64,000 bases of DNA from Capsulimonadaceae bacterium (GTDB lineage Bacteria; Armatimonadota; Armatimonadia; Armatimonadales; Capsulimonadaceae), in contig OZ244065.1 of the NCBI GenBank assembly GCA_965215505.1, positions 1,472,001 through 1,536,000 on the forward strand, given 5' to 3'. This document shows positions 39,390 through 49,096 of this stretch, piece by piece (position 1 is the first letter of the stretch; every line of letters starts with the position of its first letter). Under the pieces are notes generated by a model. The model searched no databases and had not been told where the DNA came from. It worked only from the letters and a program-made list of their open reading frames with translations. Position numbers and translations under genes: made by a program.

Positions 39390-39412
39390 GTAGGGGCGGG
39401 GTCCCCCCGCCC
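39390..39412 (+). repeat. GTAG-REP
   Basis: GTAGGGGCGGGGTCCCCCCGCCC. Confidence 0.8.
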
Positions 39413-39449
39413 CCCGTTCCTTACGGCGTGGCCGGCCCCCGCAGTGCGT

Positions 39450-39863
39450 TCATCCCTGGGAAGCGTCCGGCTGGAGGGCCTGCGCCCCGTGCAGGAGGCG
39501 CAGCAGGAAGAGGACCGTTTCGGCGGTTTCCGGCGGCTCGGCGGGGTCGGGAGGCAGGACGGCGAAGAGGAGGCGGACGGGCGTCCCGGAGCGCCGCCGG
39601 GTCGGGCCGTAGTACAGCAGGCGGCGCACCTCGCGCCCGTAGAAGGCGGAGGCCTCTTCGTCCCGCGCGTGCGACAGCGGGCCGGGGAAGCCGGGAAGGG
39701 CGCTCAAAGCCCGAGACAGGCCCGCAGCCCACTCCCCGGCGGCCCTGGGTCCGAGCAGGCGGTTGACGGACAAAATCGCGCGGTCCCGGTCGGCTTCAAA
39801 CGGGTCACTCTCCACGACGACATACCGGGTCGGCTCCGGCTCCCCGCGCTCCGGGACTCTCAT
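39450..39863 (-). CDS. RelE/ParE-like toxin
   Basis: YVVV...EADRD...EWAAGL..AL..L..FP...EVRRLLY...RLLF...LLRLLHGA; ATGA-coupled to upstream small gene. Confidence 0.65.
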   Translation of the reverse strand: MRVPERGEPEPTRYVVVESDPFEADRDRAILSVNRLLGPRAAGEWAAGLSRALSALPGFPGPLSHARDEEASAFYGREVRRLLYYGPTRRRSGTPVRLLFAVLPPDPAEPPETAETVLFLLRLLHGAQALQPDASQG

Positions 39864-40183
39864 GCCAGGCCCAGGCGGCGCGCTTCCGCGACTTTCTCCG
39901 GGGGCAGGGCCGCCAGGGTGGCTTCCGCCTGGTCCGCCAGCTCGTCATCCGTCAGGTGGGACAGGTCCGGGAGGCCGTACTTGCGCCGGACCCGGTCTTC
40001 GGCCTCGGCGGGGGTGTGGCGCGGCCCGTCCAGCAGGGAGCGCATCTCGGCCCGGCCCGTCGCCTCGCGCTCCCAGCGGCGCACCGTCTCGGCGATGGCT
40101 TCCGCCACCGCCCGGTCGAAGTCCTCGCCCCGCAGGGCGCGCAGGCGTCCGGCGAGTTCGTCGTCAATGGTCACGGTCGTCAT
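39860..40183 (-). CDS. Putative antitoxin
   Basis: MTTVTIDDELAGRL (RHH-like start), GGAGG RBS, GGTATAAT upstream. Confidence 0.6.
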   Translation of the reverse strand: MTTVTIDDELAGRLRALRGEDFDRAVAEAIAETVRRWEREATGRAEMRSLLDGPRHTPAEAEDRVRRKYGLPDLSHLTDDELADQAEATLAALPPEKVAEARRLGLA

Positions 40184-40364
40184 GGGAGGCTCCTCCGGGC
40201 GGCTTCACGGGGCGTTGTTCTTGCCGCGCTCTGCCCCCATTATACCCTTACCCTATGCGCTCACCGGTTGCGAGGGGTGACAAAGAAGAGGAAGCCTTGC
40301 CGCCAACGGCGGGGCCTTTTCTGGTACAATCGCGGCAGGACGATCTCGACGGGAGGCACACGCG

Positions 40365-40649
40365 ATGGCTATCACACTCGGCCTTGCTCCGGCATCTGAG
40401 GTGCTGCCCTCTGACCTTGCGGACCGGGACGGACAGGACAAGAAAACCGTCGCGGCTTCCCTGCTGGCCGCCGCCCTGGAACGGGTTGCCCACGAGCGCG
40501 AAGTGGGAGCGGTGCTGCGTGGCATGGAAGACAGCCGTGCCGGTCGGTTGAGGCCGCTCGCGGAGTGGGATGCCAAGTTCCGCGCTAGGTACAACATACC
40601 GGCAAACTTGGAGCCTCTTTCAGAAGAAGAGTTAAATGCCCTCCGATGA
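40365..40649 (+). CDS. Antitoxin-like protein with no intact downstream toxin
   Basis: GGTACAAT box, GGAGG RBS; AVLRGMEDSRAGRLRPLAE resembles ParD-type antitoxin tails. Confidence 0.6.
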   Translation: MAITLGLAPASEVLPSDLADRDGQDKKTVAASLLAAALERVAHEREVGAVLRGMEDSRAGRLRPLAEWDAKFRARYNIPANLEPLSEEELNALR

Positions 40650-40657
40650 AGACACAA

Positions 40658-40713
40658 GGGTCGGGCAATCCAACCCCTACCGTGCATCCGCGTAGGGGCG
40701 GGTCCCCCCGCCC
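40658..40713. repeat. Inverted GTAG-REP doublet
   Basis: GGGTCGGGCAATCCAACCCCTAC-cgtgcatccgc-GTAGGGGCGGGTCCCCCCGCCC. Confidence 0.8.
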
Positions 40714-40837
40714 TCTGTTCCTTCCGCGCCCCTCCTTCCGTGTCCGCTTCCGAAAGGCCAAGGCCCTACCATTCCCGGCAGGGCCTACTCCGGTGAAGTC
40801 ACAGCGAAACGATCATGACCAAGTAGGCAAGCAAATC

Positions 40838-42448
40838 ATGAGCAAGACCGCTCACAAGCCAAACCTTTCCTTTGCAGCATTCTCCGTGATTTTCCTCTTC
40901 GTGCTGCTCCTCCTCGTTCTTCCCCAGCCGCACCTCTACGCGCAGGCACTCCAGAAGCCCGGCGGACACAGGTTCAACGCCCTCGCAGCGAAGAAGGCCA
41001 ACGCCCCTTTCCAGACCGACCTGAAGAAGCTGCTGTACCTGATTAGGCAGGACCGGTGGCAGGAAGCGGGGCCGTTCGCCTACGAGTTGGCAAAGCGCTC
41101 ACCGACGGTTGCTGACGCTGCTGATGCCAACGGCCTGTACGCACTGGTTCTGCTCCGAGGCGGCTACCCCCAAGAAGCGACAGAGGAGGCGAAGCAGGCT
41201 TTAGGATTAGACGCCAGGAGTTACTGGGCACTTGTCGCCTCCGGGCGCGTTGAACTGTGGAACGGTGAAGACGTGCAGGCAAAGAAATCCTTCCTGCGCG
41301 CGGCCCAGGTGCATCCGCAAGGCGCAGAAGCGCGGCTGGGCTTATGTTTCTGTGCGCGCCCTGGAAGCCCCGACGAAGCGAAGGCCACGTTCGCCTACCT
41401 CGCCCTATCACCGACCGGGCATCCACACGATCAGATCGTCGCGGGCCTCAAAAGCTTTATCATAGGGCATAACCTCCACCGGAACGCTTCGGCCAAGTCA
41501 TTCGAGGCTGACTACTCCCAGACGGCGCACCAAGTTCTTAATCATCACTCACCGAAAGACGTCCAGAAATCTCTTGTGGTCATTCCTCTAACGTCCGAAG
41601 ATACTGGCCTATTTGTCACTGCCGTTATTGACGGGCATCCCATGAAACTGCTCCTGGATACAGGGGCAGACGACATCACTCTCACCCGCCAAGCCGCTGG
41701 GCGTCTCTCCCTGGCTCCCCAAGGCACATCGACGGTTTCCGGCGTACAGGGAAGCGAACAGAGTACCGACTATCTGGCAAAGACCCTCCAGCTCGGCCCT
41801 CTGCGATGGACTTCTATCCCACTTCAAACAGCATCTATCGGGCATGGTGACGGCGTTCTTGGCATTGACCTCCTGCGGCACTATGTTGTCTGCCTGGACT
41901 TGGCGCATCATGCGATGCGGCTCACTACCAGCGCCGAGGCTCCTCTCGCGGGCAACAGCCGACAGCGTTTGCGATTTCGTGAGTATGAAACGAAGATCAT
42001 GTTCCCAGCACAGGTTGGGGGACAAAACGTTTGACCGGTTCTGGACACCGGCGCGACAATAACGACAGCATCCAAGCGCATTGCGGAAACCTTAGCGGCG
42101 AGCCTGCCTGCAACCGCGATCCAGAGGGGTGTCAACACGGATCAGATTACCATTGGGAAGACGAACACGAAGTTTTCCTATCTGGGTCTTAACCACCCCT
42201 TTGACATCGTTTTGGGCCAGAAGCCACTTCAAGTCACTTTGACGGTGCCGTATTTAGTGGGGGCATCTCCACTGGACGACCAACTCAGTCCTCGCCTGGA
42301 TTTCGAGGTTGGTATGCTCGTCGGTATGTCATACCTTCTGGCTTTCCAGCAGGTTACCATTGACTACACGCACCAAACCCTGTTCTTTGACAGACGCATC
42401 ACAGACAGCCTAGAAAAGCCGACACCTGTAACATCACCAATGCCCTGA
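40838..42448 (+). pseudogene. Secreted TPR + two retropepsin-like aspartyl protease domains, interrupted by one in-frame TGA at 42032-42034
   Basis: Signal-like hydrophobic N-terminus, TPR-like helices, LLLDTGA...DGVLGID; after TGA the same frame reads PVLDTGA...GMLVGMSYL...VTIDY to 42448. Confidence 0.8.
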
Positions 42449-42625
42449 CCGACATCAGCAGCCATGGGAGTGTCTCCCCCCTTCAGTGCCGCCATCGCGA
42501 CCTTCGGCGACGGCAAGTGCCACCAGCACGAAGGGGCGCAGCTACTGGCGGCCTAAGCCATCATCGCCCTCGTCGAAGGTACGAACGCCGCCTAGGGGAA
42601 CGGACCCGGAAGGTCACTGGACACG

Positions 42626-42862
42626 ATGAGCAAAAAACTGACTCTGCGAACCTCATCCAACCGACCGCCGACGGTCAGCGCCCCCGCAGAAGAGCAGGCG
42701 GGCGAAGCCGAAAGGCTGGACCGTGAGCTGAAGACGGCGGAACTCGAAACGCGCTTCCGCGAGGCGCTTGCCGGCGGCAAGATCACGGGCGACATCATCA
42801 CGAACGATGAACAGGGGAACGTCGTCGGCAAACCCAAAGGCACGAACATCTTTGACCTGTGA
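42626..42862 (+). CDS. Small hypothetical protein
   Basis: 78-aa ORF with plausible codon usage; no recognised motif. Confidence 0.45.
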   Translation: MSKKLTLRTSSNRPPTVSAPAEEQAGEAERLDRELKTAELETRFREALAGGKITGDIITNDEQGNVVGKPKGTNIFDL

Positions 42863-42978
42863 GCCACCCATGCATACCGGCAAAAGACGGAGGCAATCCG
42901 CAGCAGAAACAAGGTATACTAGTAGACAGAATTAGTCAGCATGATGACAAGCACGGGGATGGGGCGAATGATGCAGCA

Positions 42979-43134
42979 GAAAAAATGCGAAAACGAACTC
43001 AGCCCCGAAGTCGGAGCGAGCAGCCAAACCCTTGTTCGCCGTGAACATCACGAAAATTGTCGAAACGAACTCACCGCCGGGAAGGGGCCGGACCGCACGA
43101 AAAATCTAACGCGAAAAATGCGGGAACGAACTCA
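42979..43134 (+). repeat. Three spaced ~23-bp direct repeats ending AACGAACTCA
   Basis: Copies end at 43001, 43073 and 43134. Confidence 0.7.
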
Positions 43135-43243
43135 TGGCGGGCGGCGGTCTTGACGCGCCCTTGACTCGGCCGCGTGCTGGGTGTAAAATGCTCGCTGCCC
43201 GAGACGCAGACGTGGAGCCGCAGGCAGGAAAGGGGCCGCAGAC

Positions 43244-43927
43244 ATGGAGATGGAGAAACCACCCGAGGCATCCGGCCGCGCCGGATACGCCCCGCCCCGG
43301 CGGCTCCGCCGGAAGCGACGCCCCGCCCGGCGTCGGCGCTCCCTGTTCGCCGAGGTCTGGGTGCAGGTCTTTTCCGTCGTATTGGGCATCCTCCTGGCCG
43401 TCGGCGTGGACCACTGGCGGCAGGCCGTCAAGGACAAGCAGGTCGCCGCCGAGTCCATCCAGGCCATCCGGCGGGAGATGACGGGGAACCAGACGCAGAT
43501 GCAGGGGGCGGTCCAGTACCAGGCGGCCCTCATGGAGTCCCTCGACAAGATATTGCAGGGCCACAGCCGCGACAAGACGATGACTTTGGAGGAGTTCCGG
43601 GCTGTGTGGCACACGGCGGCCCCGCACGGCCTGGGCATCCGCGTCCCCAGGCACATCGCCTGGGATACCGCCGTGGCCGCCCAGGCACCGGGCCTGATGG
43701 ACTACAAGACCCGCTCCCTGCTGTCGGGCGTTTACCAGTCCCAGCAGCTAATCGAAGACCAGCAGATGCACATGGCCCAGGCCTTCATGACGCCGGAGAA
43801 CCTGACCCCGTCCCGTCTGTATTACACCCTCGTCGTCATCGAGGCCAACCTGGAAGACATCCGCGCCAGCGAAGCGGGGACACTCGACCTCTACGGCGCG
43901 GCCCTGGAGCGCGTCCGGGGGAAGTAG
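43244..43927 (+). CDS. Hypothetical membrane-anchored helical protein
   Basis: Arg-rich start, TM (VFSVVLGILLAVGVD.W), helical body with AWDTA motif. Confidence 0.7.
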   Translation: MEMEKPPEASGRAGYAPPRRLRRKRRPARRRRSLFAEVWVQVFSVVLGILLAVGVDHWRQAVKDKQVAAESIQAIRREMTGNQTQMQGAVQYQAALMESLDKILQGHSRDKTMTLEEFRAVWHTAAPHGLGIRVPRHIAWDTAVAAQAPGLMDYKTRSLLSGVYQSQQLIEDQQMHMAQAFMTPENLTPSRLYYTLVVIEANLEDIRASEAGTLDLYGAALERVRGK

Positions 43928-43973
43928 ACATACCCCGCGTCATTCCGATCACGCCCCATGCTCAAATCCCACT

Positions 43974-45044
43974 ATGCTCAAATCCCAATACTTCAGCGGC
44001 AGCGATCAGGGGGCGCAGGACGTCCCCGCAGAGCAGATCGACGCGCGAATCAAAGACAGGGCCGACGGCGGCGTCCTGTGGCTGGACATCGACGAGCCGA
44101 CGGAGGCCGACTTCGCCATGCTGGCCTCCGAGTTCGGGTTCCACCCGCTCGCCATCGAAGACCTCAAGCAGAGCGACCAGCGGCCCAAGGTGGTCGAGTA
44201 CGGCGACTACATCTTCGTGGTCGCCCACGAGTGGCGGCCCGCGCCGGGGCGCGAAGACCTCACCCGGCAGTGCGCCGAGCGCAGCGCCGAGGTCCACGCC
44301 TTCGCCGGGCCGAACTACATCGTCACCCTGCACACGGGCGACTCGCAAGGGCTGAAGACCGCCCGGAAGCGGTGGGAATCGAACCAGGACATGCAGCGGC
44401 AGGGTCCGTACTTCCTGCTGTACCTCGTCCTTGACTCGATCGTGGACGACTACTACCCGGCCCTGGACGCCTACGATGACCGGATCGCCACCCTGGAACA
44501 GCTCATCGTCAGCCCGCTCGCCCAGGAGTTCCACCTGTTCGGACGCCAGCCGCCCGATGAAGCCGACAGCCCCCTGCCGACACTCCTGGGCCTGCGCCGG
44601 GACCTGCTGGAGATGCGCCGCACCGTCGCCCCCCTGCGGGACGCCGTGAACGTCCTGCTGCGGCGCGTCGAGTCCATCGAGGACGACGAGCGCTCCGAGG
44701 CGCGGCGGCGGGACCGCGCCCGCGCCCTGTTCGCCTATTTCCAGGACGTGTACGATCACACTATCCGCGTCGTGGACACCATTGACACCTACCGCGACCT
44801 GCTTTCGGGCACGCTCGACGCCCACCTGGCCGTGGCCTCCAACCGCCTGAACGAGATCGTCAAGGTGCTGACGTCCGTCTCGATCATCCTGATGACCTGG
44901 GCCACGATCAGCGGCATCTACGGCATGAACTTCGCGGACATGCCCGAGCTGCACTGGCGCTACGGCTACCCCTACGCCCTGGGCCTGATGGCCTTGCTGG
45001 GGGCCGCCGAGTGGCTGTACTTCCGCCGCCGAAAGTGGCTATAG
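43974..45044 (+). CDS. corA: Magnesium/cobalt transporter CorA
   Basis: WLDI, FGFHPLAIED...QRPK, YFQDVYDH, N.IVKVLT, GIYGMNF..MPEL, FRRRKWL. Confidence 0.95.
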   Translation: MLKSQYFSGSDQGAQDVPAEQIDARIKDRADGGVLWLDIDEPTEADFAMLASEFGFHPLAIEDLKQSDQRPKVVEYGDYIFVVAHEWRPAPGREDLTRQCAERSAEVHAFAGPNYIVTLHTGDSQGLKTARKRWESNQDMQRQGPYFLLYLVLDSIVDDYYPALDAYDDRIATLEQLIVSPLAQEFHLFGRQPPDEADSPLPTLLGLRRDLLEMRRTVAPLRDAVNVLLRRVESIEDDERSEARRRDRARALFAYFQDVYDHTIRVVDTIDTYRDLLSGTLDAHLAVASNRLNEIVKVLTSVSIILMTWATISGIYGMNFADMPELHWRYGYPYALGLMALLGAAEWLYFRRRKWL

Positions 45045-45095
45045 TAAGTGGCTCTGGGCGGACACCCGCGCCCCGCAATCGGGTACAATGCGCCC

Positions 45096-46187
45096 ATGAC
45101 CTCCCTGCTCCGCTTCTTTCGCGGCCTGAACGCGCTCCTGTTCTTCATCCCGGTCAGCCTCGCCCTCCACTACACCCCGCACATGAACCCGCTCTGGGTC
45201 TTCCTGGCGGCGGCCCTGGCGATCGTGCCGCTGGCCGGCCTGATGGGGAACGCGACCGAGGAACTAGCGGGGCACCTGGGGGCGTCTTGGGGGGGGCTGC
45301 TGAGTGCGACCTTTGGGAATGCCACCGAGCTTATTATCGGGCTGTTCGCGCTGCATGAGGGGCTGATCGGGCTGGTCCGGGCCTCCATCGTCGGCTCGAT
45401 CATCGGCAACCTGCTCCTCGTGCTGGGGGCCAGCATCCTAGCGGGCGGCATCAAGCACAAGATCCAGACCTTCAACCAGGACCAGGCCGAGACCCACGCG
45501 ATCAACCTGCTGCTGGCAACACTCTCACTGGCCGTGCCGGCGATCTTCGCGATCCACTACAACCAGGTGAACAGCCCGGCCAACCCCGACGTGGAACACC
45601 TGTCGCTCTGGGTGTCGGGCATCCTGCTGGTCGTCTACCTCGCCTCGCTCTGGTTCTCGCTGCGGACCCACGAGAGCCTGTTCCGGGACTGCGAGGCCGA
45701 GGCCGAGGAGGACCCGCCGACGTGGAACAAGCGGACCGCCTTTGCCGTTCTGGGCGTGGCGACGGTGCTGGTGGCGGCGGAGAGCGAGTTCCTGGTGGGC
45801 AGCGTCCAGGGGGCGGCGGGGCGGCTCGGCGTCAACCCGCTCTTCATCGGCATCATCGTGGTCGCCATCATCGGCAACGCCGCCGAGCATTCCACGGCCG
45901 TCTGGATGGCGATGAAGAACAAGGTGGACATCACCATGAACATCGCCATCGGGTCGTCCACCCAGATCGCCATGTTCGTCGCGCCCGCCTTGGTGTTCGC
46001 CAGCCTGTTTCTGGGCCACCCGCTGACCTACATCTTCACGGTCCCCGAGATGACCGCCATCGCCTTCAGCGTCGTCATCGTGACCTTCATCGCGGGCGAC
46101 GGCAAGTGCCACTGGCTGGAAGGGGCACAGCTCCTGGCCGCCTACGCCATCATCGCCCTGGCCTTCTTCTACTTGCCGCCGGGTTAG
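45096..46187 (+). CDS. Ca2+/H+ antiporter (CAX/ChaA family)
   Basis: ATFGNATE, GSIIGNLLLVLG, GNAAEH, AIGSSTQIA, WLEG. Confidence 0.93.
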   Translation: MTSLLRFFRGLNALLFFIPVSLALHYTPHMNPLWVFLAAALAIVPLAGLMGNATEELAGHLGASWGGLLSATFGNATELIIGLFALHEGLIGLVRASIVGSIIGNLLLVLGASILAGGIKHKIQTFNQDQAETHAINLLLATLSLAVPAIFAIHYNQVNSPANPDVEHLSLWVSGILLVVYLASLWFSLRTHESLFRDCEAEAEEDPPTWNKRTAFAVLGVATVLVAAESEFLVGSVQGAAGRLGVNPLFIGIIVVAIIGNAAEHSTAVWMAMKNKVDITMNIAIGSSTQIAMFVAPALVFASLFLGHPLTYIFTVPEMTAIAFSVVIVTFIAGDGKCHWLEGAQLLAAYAIIALAFFYLPPG

Positions 46188-46232
46188 GTTCCATAGCGCC
46201 GATTCCGGGTACGATGTGTGTGGAGGCTCGCC

Positions 46233-46706
46233 ATGAAACGTCTGCTCTTGCCCGCCATTTTTTCCGCACTATTCGCCGCGTCTGCGGCACTCGCCCAGGA
46301 CCCGGCACCCGTCAAGATGCGCCCCGCCAGGGCCGCCGACCGGGCCGCCGCAGTCAGTTCCATCCAGGCCCAGCTTAAAGCCTTCGGGCGGGACGACTAC
46401 AAGACGGCGGTGACGTATCAGAGTGCGGGCCTGAGAAAGAACTTCCCCTCGACCGAGGCGTTCCGGGCCATGATGACGCGGACCTACCCCGAGTTCGCCC
46501 ACTACAAAGCCGTCACCTTCGGCCCTGCCGAGAGCGACGGCACAGGGACCCACCTCGCCATCATCGCCTCCATCACCGGCCAGGACGGCGTCAAGGTGCG
46601 GGCGGTCTACATGATGGTGCGCGAGGCGAAAGTCTACCGCGTGGAGGGAGTCGCGGGCGGTGCCCAACTGCCCCCACAAGACAGCGGGGCGTCGCGGGAC
46701 GTCTGA
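46233..46706 (+). CDS. Secreted DUF4864-like protein
   Basis: Signal peptide; IQAQLKAF..DDY..A......L...F.....F..M....YP. Confidence 0.65.
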   Translation: MKRLLLPAIFSALFAASAALAQDPAPVKMRPARAADRAAAVSSIQAQLKAFGRDDYKTAVTYQSAGLRKNFPSTEAFRAMMTRTYPEFAHYKAVTFGPAESDGTGTHLAIIASITGQDGVKVRAVYMMVREAKVYRVEGVAGGAQLPPQDSGASRDV

Positions 46707-46717
46707 GGCCGGCGGTT

Positions 46718-47467
46718 TCAGACGCGGTGCGGGCGGGCCACCGGCCCGCCCGCTTTTCGCGTCGCGTCCCGCCAGTAGGGCCGCAGGGCCGCGCCCAGGA
46801 TCGCCAGGGCGAGGCCGCACCACAGAACGGCCCAGACGGCGGGCGGCAGCGGGATGATCTGTGACATCAGCACGGCGTCCGAGACCGGCCCGCCCGGCAC
46901 CGAAAGCCCCACCAATGTCTTCAGGTCGTAGAGCGCGTTGACGACGCACTGCACGCCCAGGAACATCGCCGTCAGCTCGGCGGCCTTGGCGGAAGGCTGC
47001 CGGGCCGCCCCCAGCAAGCCCGCCGCGATGACGATCCCCCACCCCAGCCCGAACCCGTTCCGCACCAGAAGCAAATCCAGCAGCGCGATCAGGACGCCCG
47101 AGACGCCCAGAATGGCGCGGGCCGCGCCGGGCCGCCGCGCCAGAGTCAGCATCAGCGCGCCATAGGCCGTCGCGCCCAGATACCCCGCCATGACGATCAG
47201 GATGGGCCAGCCGCCCGCCGTCAGGGTGTAGCCCGAGGCGTCCGGCATGACCACGATTTTCTGCGCCACCCCGCCGGTCAAGGTCGCCATCAAGGCGTGG
47301 CTGCCCTCGTGGATGAAGGTCACGAACAGCCGCAGCGGGTACAGCGCGGTCGAGGCCACGGGGACGAACCACAGCCCGACCGTCAGCGCGCACGCCAGGA
47401 GCAGGCTGCCCAGGGCCGGTCTGGAGGGACTGGGCCGGGAAGGAACGGGGGCGTTGGCGGGTATCAT
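46718..47467 (-). CDS. M50B-like membrane metallopeptidase
   Basis: TFIHEGSHAL (HExxH), AGYLG, SDA motif, multiple TM segments. Confidence 0.85.
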   Translation of the reverse strand: MIPANAPVPSRPSPSRPALGSLLLACALTVGLWFVPVASTALYPLRLFVTFIHEGSHALMATLTGGVAQKIVVMPDASGYTLTAGGWPILIVMAGYLGATAYGALMLTLARRPGAARAILGVSGVLIALLDLLLVRNGFGLGWGIVIAAGLLGAARQPSAKAAELTAMFLGVQCVVNALYDLKTLVGLSVPGGPVSDAVLMSQIIPLPPAVWAVLWCGLALAILGAALRPYWRDATRKAGGPVARPHRV

Positions 47468-47489
47468 AGTAACTCTAGGATACCTGCCC

Positions 47490-48140
47490 ATGCCCTATTT
47501 TGTTCCGCCCCGCCTCGCCGGGGACGCCGAGGTCGTCGGCGTCGGCGACGACCTCAGCGTCGAATCCCTGCACGGCGCCTACTCCCAGGGCATCTTCCCC
47601 TGGCCCATCCCCGGCTACCCCCTGCTCTGGTTCTGCCCGCCCCAACGCGCCGTGCTGGACTTCGACCGCCTGCACGTCCCCGAACGGCTGGCCCGCCTGC
47701 GCCGCAGCACCGCCCTCACCTTCACGATTGACCGCGCCTTCGACGCCGTCATCGCCGCCTGCCGCCGGTCGCCCCGCCCAGGGCAGGCGGGGACCTGGAT
47801 CACCCCGCCCATGATCCGCGCCTACCGTGCCCTCCACCAAGCCGGCCACGCCCACAGCGTCGAGGCCTGGGACGAAACGGGCGTCTTGGTCGGCGGCCTG
47901 TACGGCGTCGCCGCCGGCGGCGTCTTCGGCGGCGAGAGCATGTTCCACACGGCCCCCAACGCCTCCAAGCTGGCCCTGCTGTTCCTGATCGACCACCTGC
48001 GCGCGCGGGGCCTGGGCTGGATAGACATCCAGATGATGACCCCGCACATGGCCGCCCTCGGGGCGCACGAAGTCCCCCGCGACGAGTTCCTGGACCGGCT
48101 GGACGCAGAACACAAACGCGGCCTGAACCTGTTCGGCTGA
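47490..48140 (+). CDS. aat: Leucyl/phenylalanyl-tRNA--protein transferase
   Basis: AYSQGIFPW, GTWIT, AHSVEAW, LVGGLYGV..G..F.GESMF, NASK. Confidence 0.95.
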   Translation: MPYFVPPRLAGDAEVVGVGDDLSVESLHGAYSQGIFPWPIPGYPLLWFCPPQRAVLDFDRLHVPERLARLRRSTALTFTIDRAFDAVIAACRRSPRPGQAGTWITPPMIRAYRALHQAGHAHSVEAWDETGVLVGGLYGVAAGGVFGGESMFHTAPNASKLALLFLIDHLRARGLGWIDIQMMTPHMAALGAHEVPRDEFLDRLDAEHKRGLNLFG

Positions 48141-48210
48141 CGGCCTGCAACTTTTCCCGCGTCCGTGTGTCTCACCTAATCAGTAACCCCGGCGATACGG
48201 AGAACACTGC

Positions 48211-49092
48211 ATGGACCTGGTCATTTCCCACCTCTCGAAAGTCTACCCGAACGGCGTCCGCGCCCTCAACGACATCTCGCTGACGATCCCAAGCGGCATG
48301 TTCGGCCTGCTCGGGCCGAACGGCGCGGGCAAGTCCACCCTCATGCGGACCATCGCCACATTGCAGGAGCCGGACAGCGGCTCGATCCACCTGGGCGACC
48401 TGGACGTGCTGGGCCACAAGGACGCCGTGCGCCGCGTCCTGGGCTATCTGCCGCAGGAGTTCGGCTTTTACCCGAACCTTTCCGCCGAAACCGTCCTGGA
48501 CCACTTCGCCACCCTGAAGGGGCTGACGAACAAGAGCGAGCGCCGGCAGGTCGTCGGGGCGCTCTTGCAGCAGACCAATCTTTATGAGGCCCGCAAGAAG
48601 AGCGTCGGCGGCTTCTCCGGCGGCATGAAGCAGCGACTCGGCATCGCCACTGCCCTGCTCGGCGACCCGAAACTCATCATCGTGGACGAGCCGACGGCGG
48701 GCCTCGACCCGACCGAGCGGAACCGGTTCCTGAACCTCCTCAGCGAGATCAGTGAGAACGTCGTCGTCATCTTCTCCACCCACATCGTCGAGGACATCCG
48801 CGAGCTTTGCAGCAACATGGCAATCATTGCGCGCGGCGAGGTGGTCGCCCAAGGAGCGCCCGCTGAAGTCGTCGAGCGGACGCAGGGGCGCGTCTGGCGG
48901 CGGACGGTGGAGAAGAGCGAACTGGCCGCCCTCCAGCAGACGCACCAGGTCATCTCCACGCGGCTGGTCGGCGGCAAGCCGGTCGTCCACGTCTACAGCG
49001 AGACGCCGCCGGGGGCGGGCTTCGCCCCCGCCGAAGGCACCCTGGAAGATGCCTTCTTTTACTACCTCGCGAACCCCGGAAAGGCGGCCTGA
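48211..49092 (+). CDS. ABC transporter ATP-binding protein
   Basis: GPNGAGKST, FSGGMKQR, IVDEPTAGLDP. Confidence 0.95.
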   Translation: MDLVISHLSKVYPNGVRALNDISLTIPSGMFGLLGPNGAGKSTLMRTIATLQEPDSGSIHLGDLDVLGHKDAVRRVLGYLPQEFGFYPNLSAETVLDHFATLKGLTNKSERRQVVGALLQQTNLYEARKKSVGGFSGGMKQRLGIATALLGDPKLIIVDEPTAGLDPTERNRFLNLLSEISENVVVIFSTHIVEDIRELCSNMAIIARGEVVAQGAPAEVVERTQGRVWRRTVEKSELAALQQTHQVISTRLVGGKPVVHVYSETPPGAGFAPAEGTLEDAFFYYLANPGKAA

Positions 49093-49096
49093 CGTC

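Noticed and set aside
40646-40837. N-terminal 64 codons of ORF 40646-42034
   Set aside because: Translates a REP doublet and intergenic DNA; the signal-bearing start is 40838
42032-42070. Selenocysteine codon with SECIS
   Set aside because: Hairpin is short and abuts the UGA, and the position is not a redox Cys site; nonsense change or error is simpler
42979-43134. CRISPR array
   Set aside because: Only three degenerate non-palindromic repeats, unequal spacers, no cas genes; kept as an unexplained repeat
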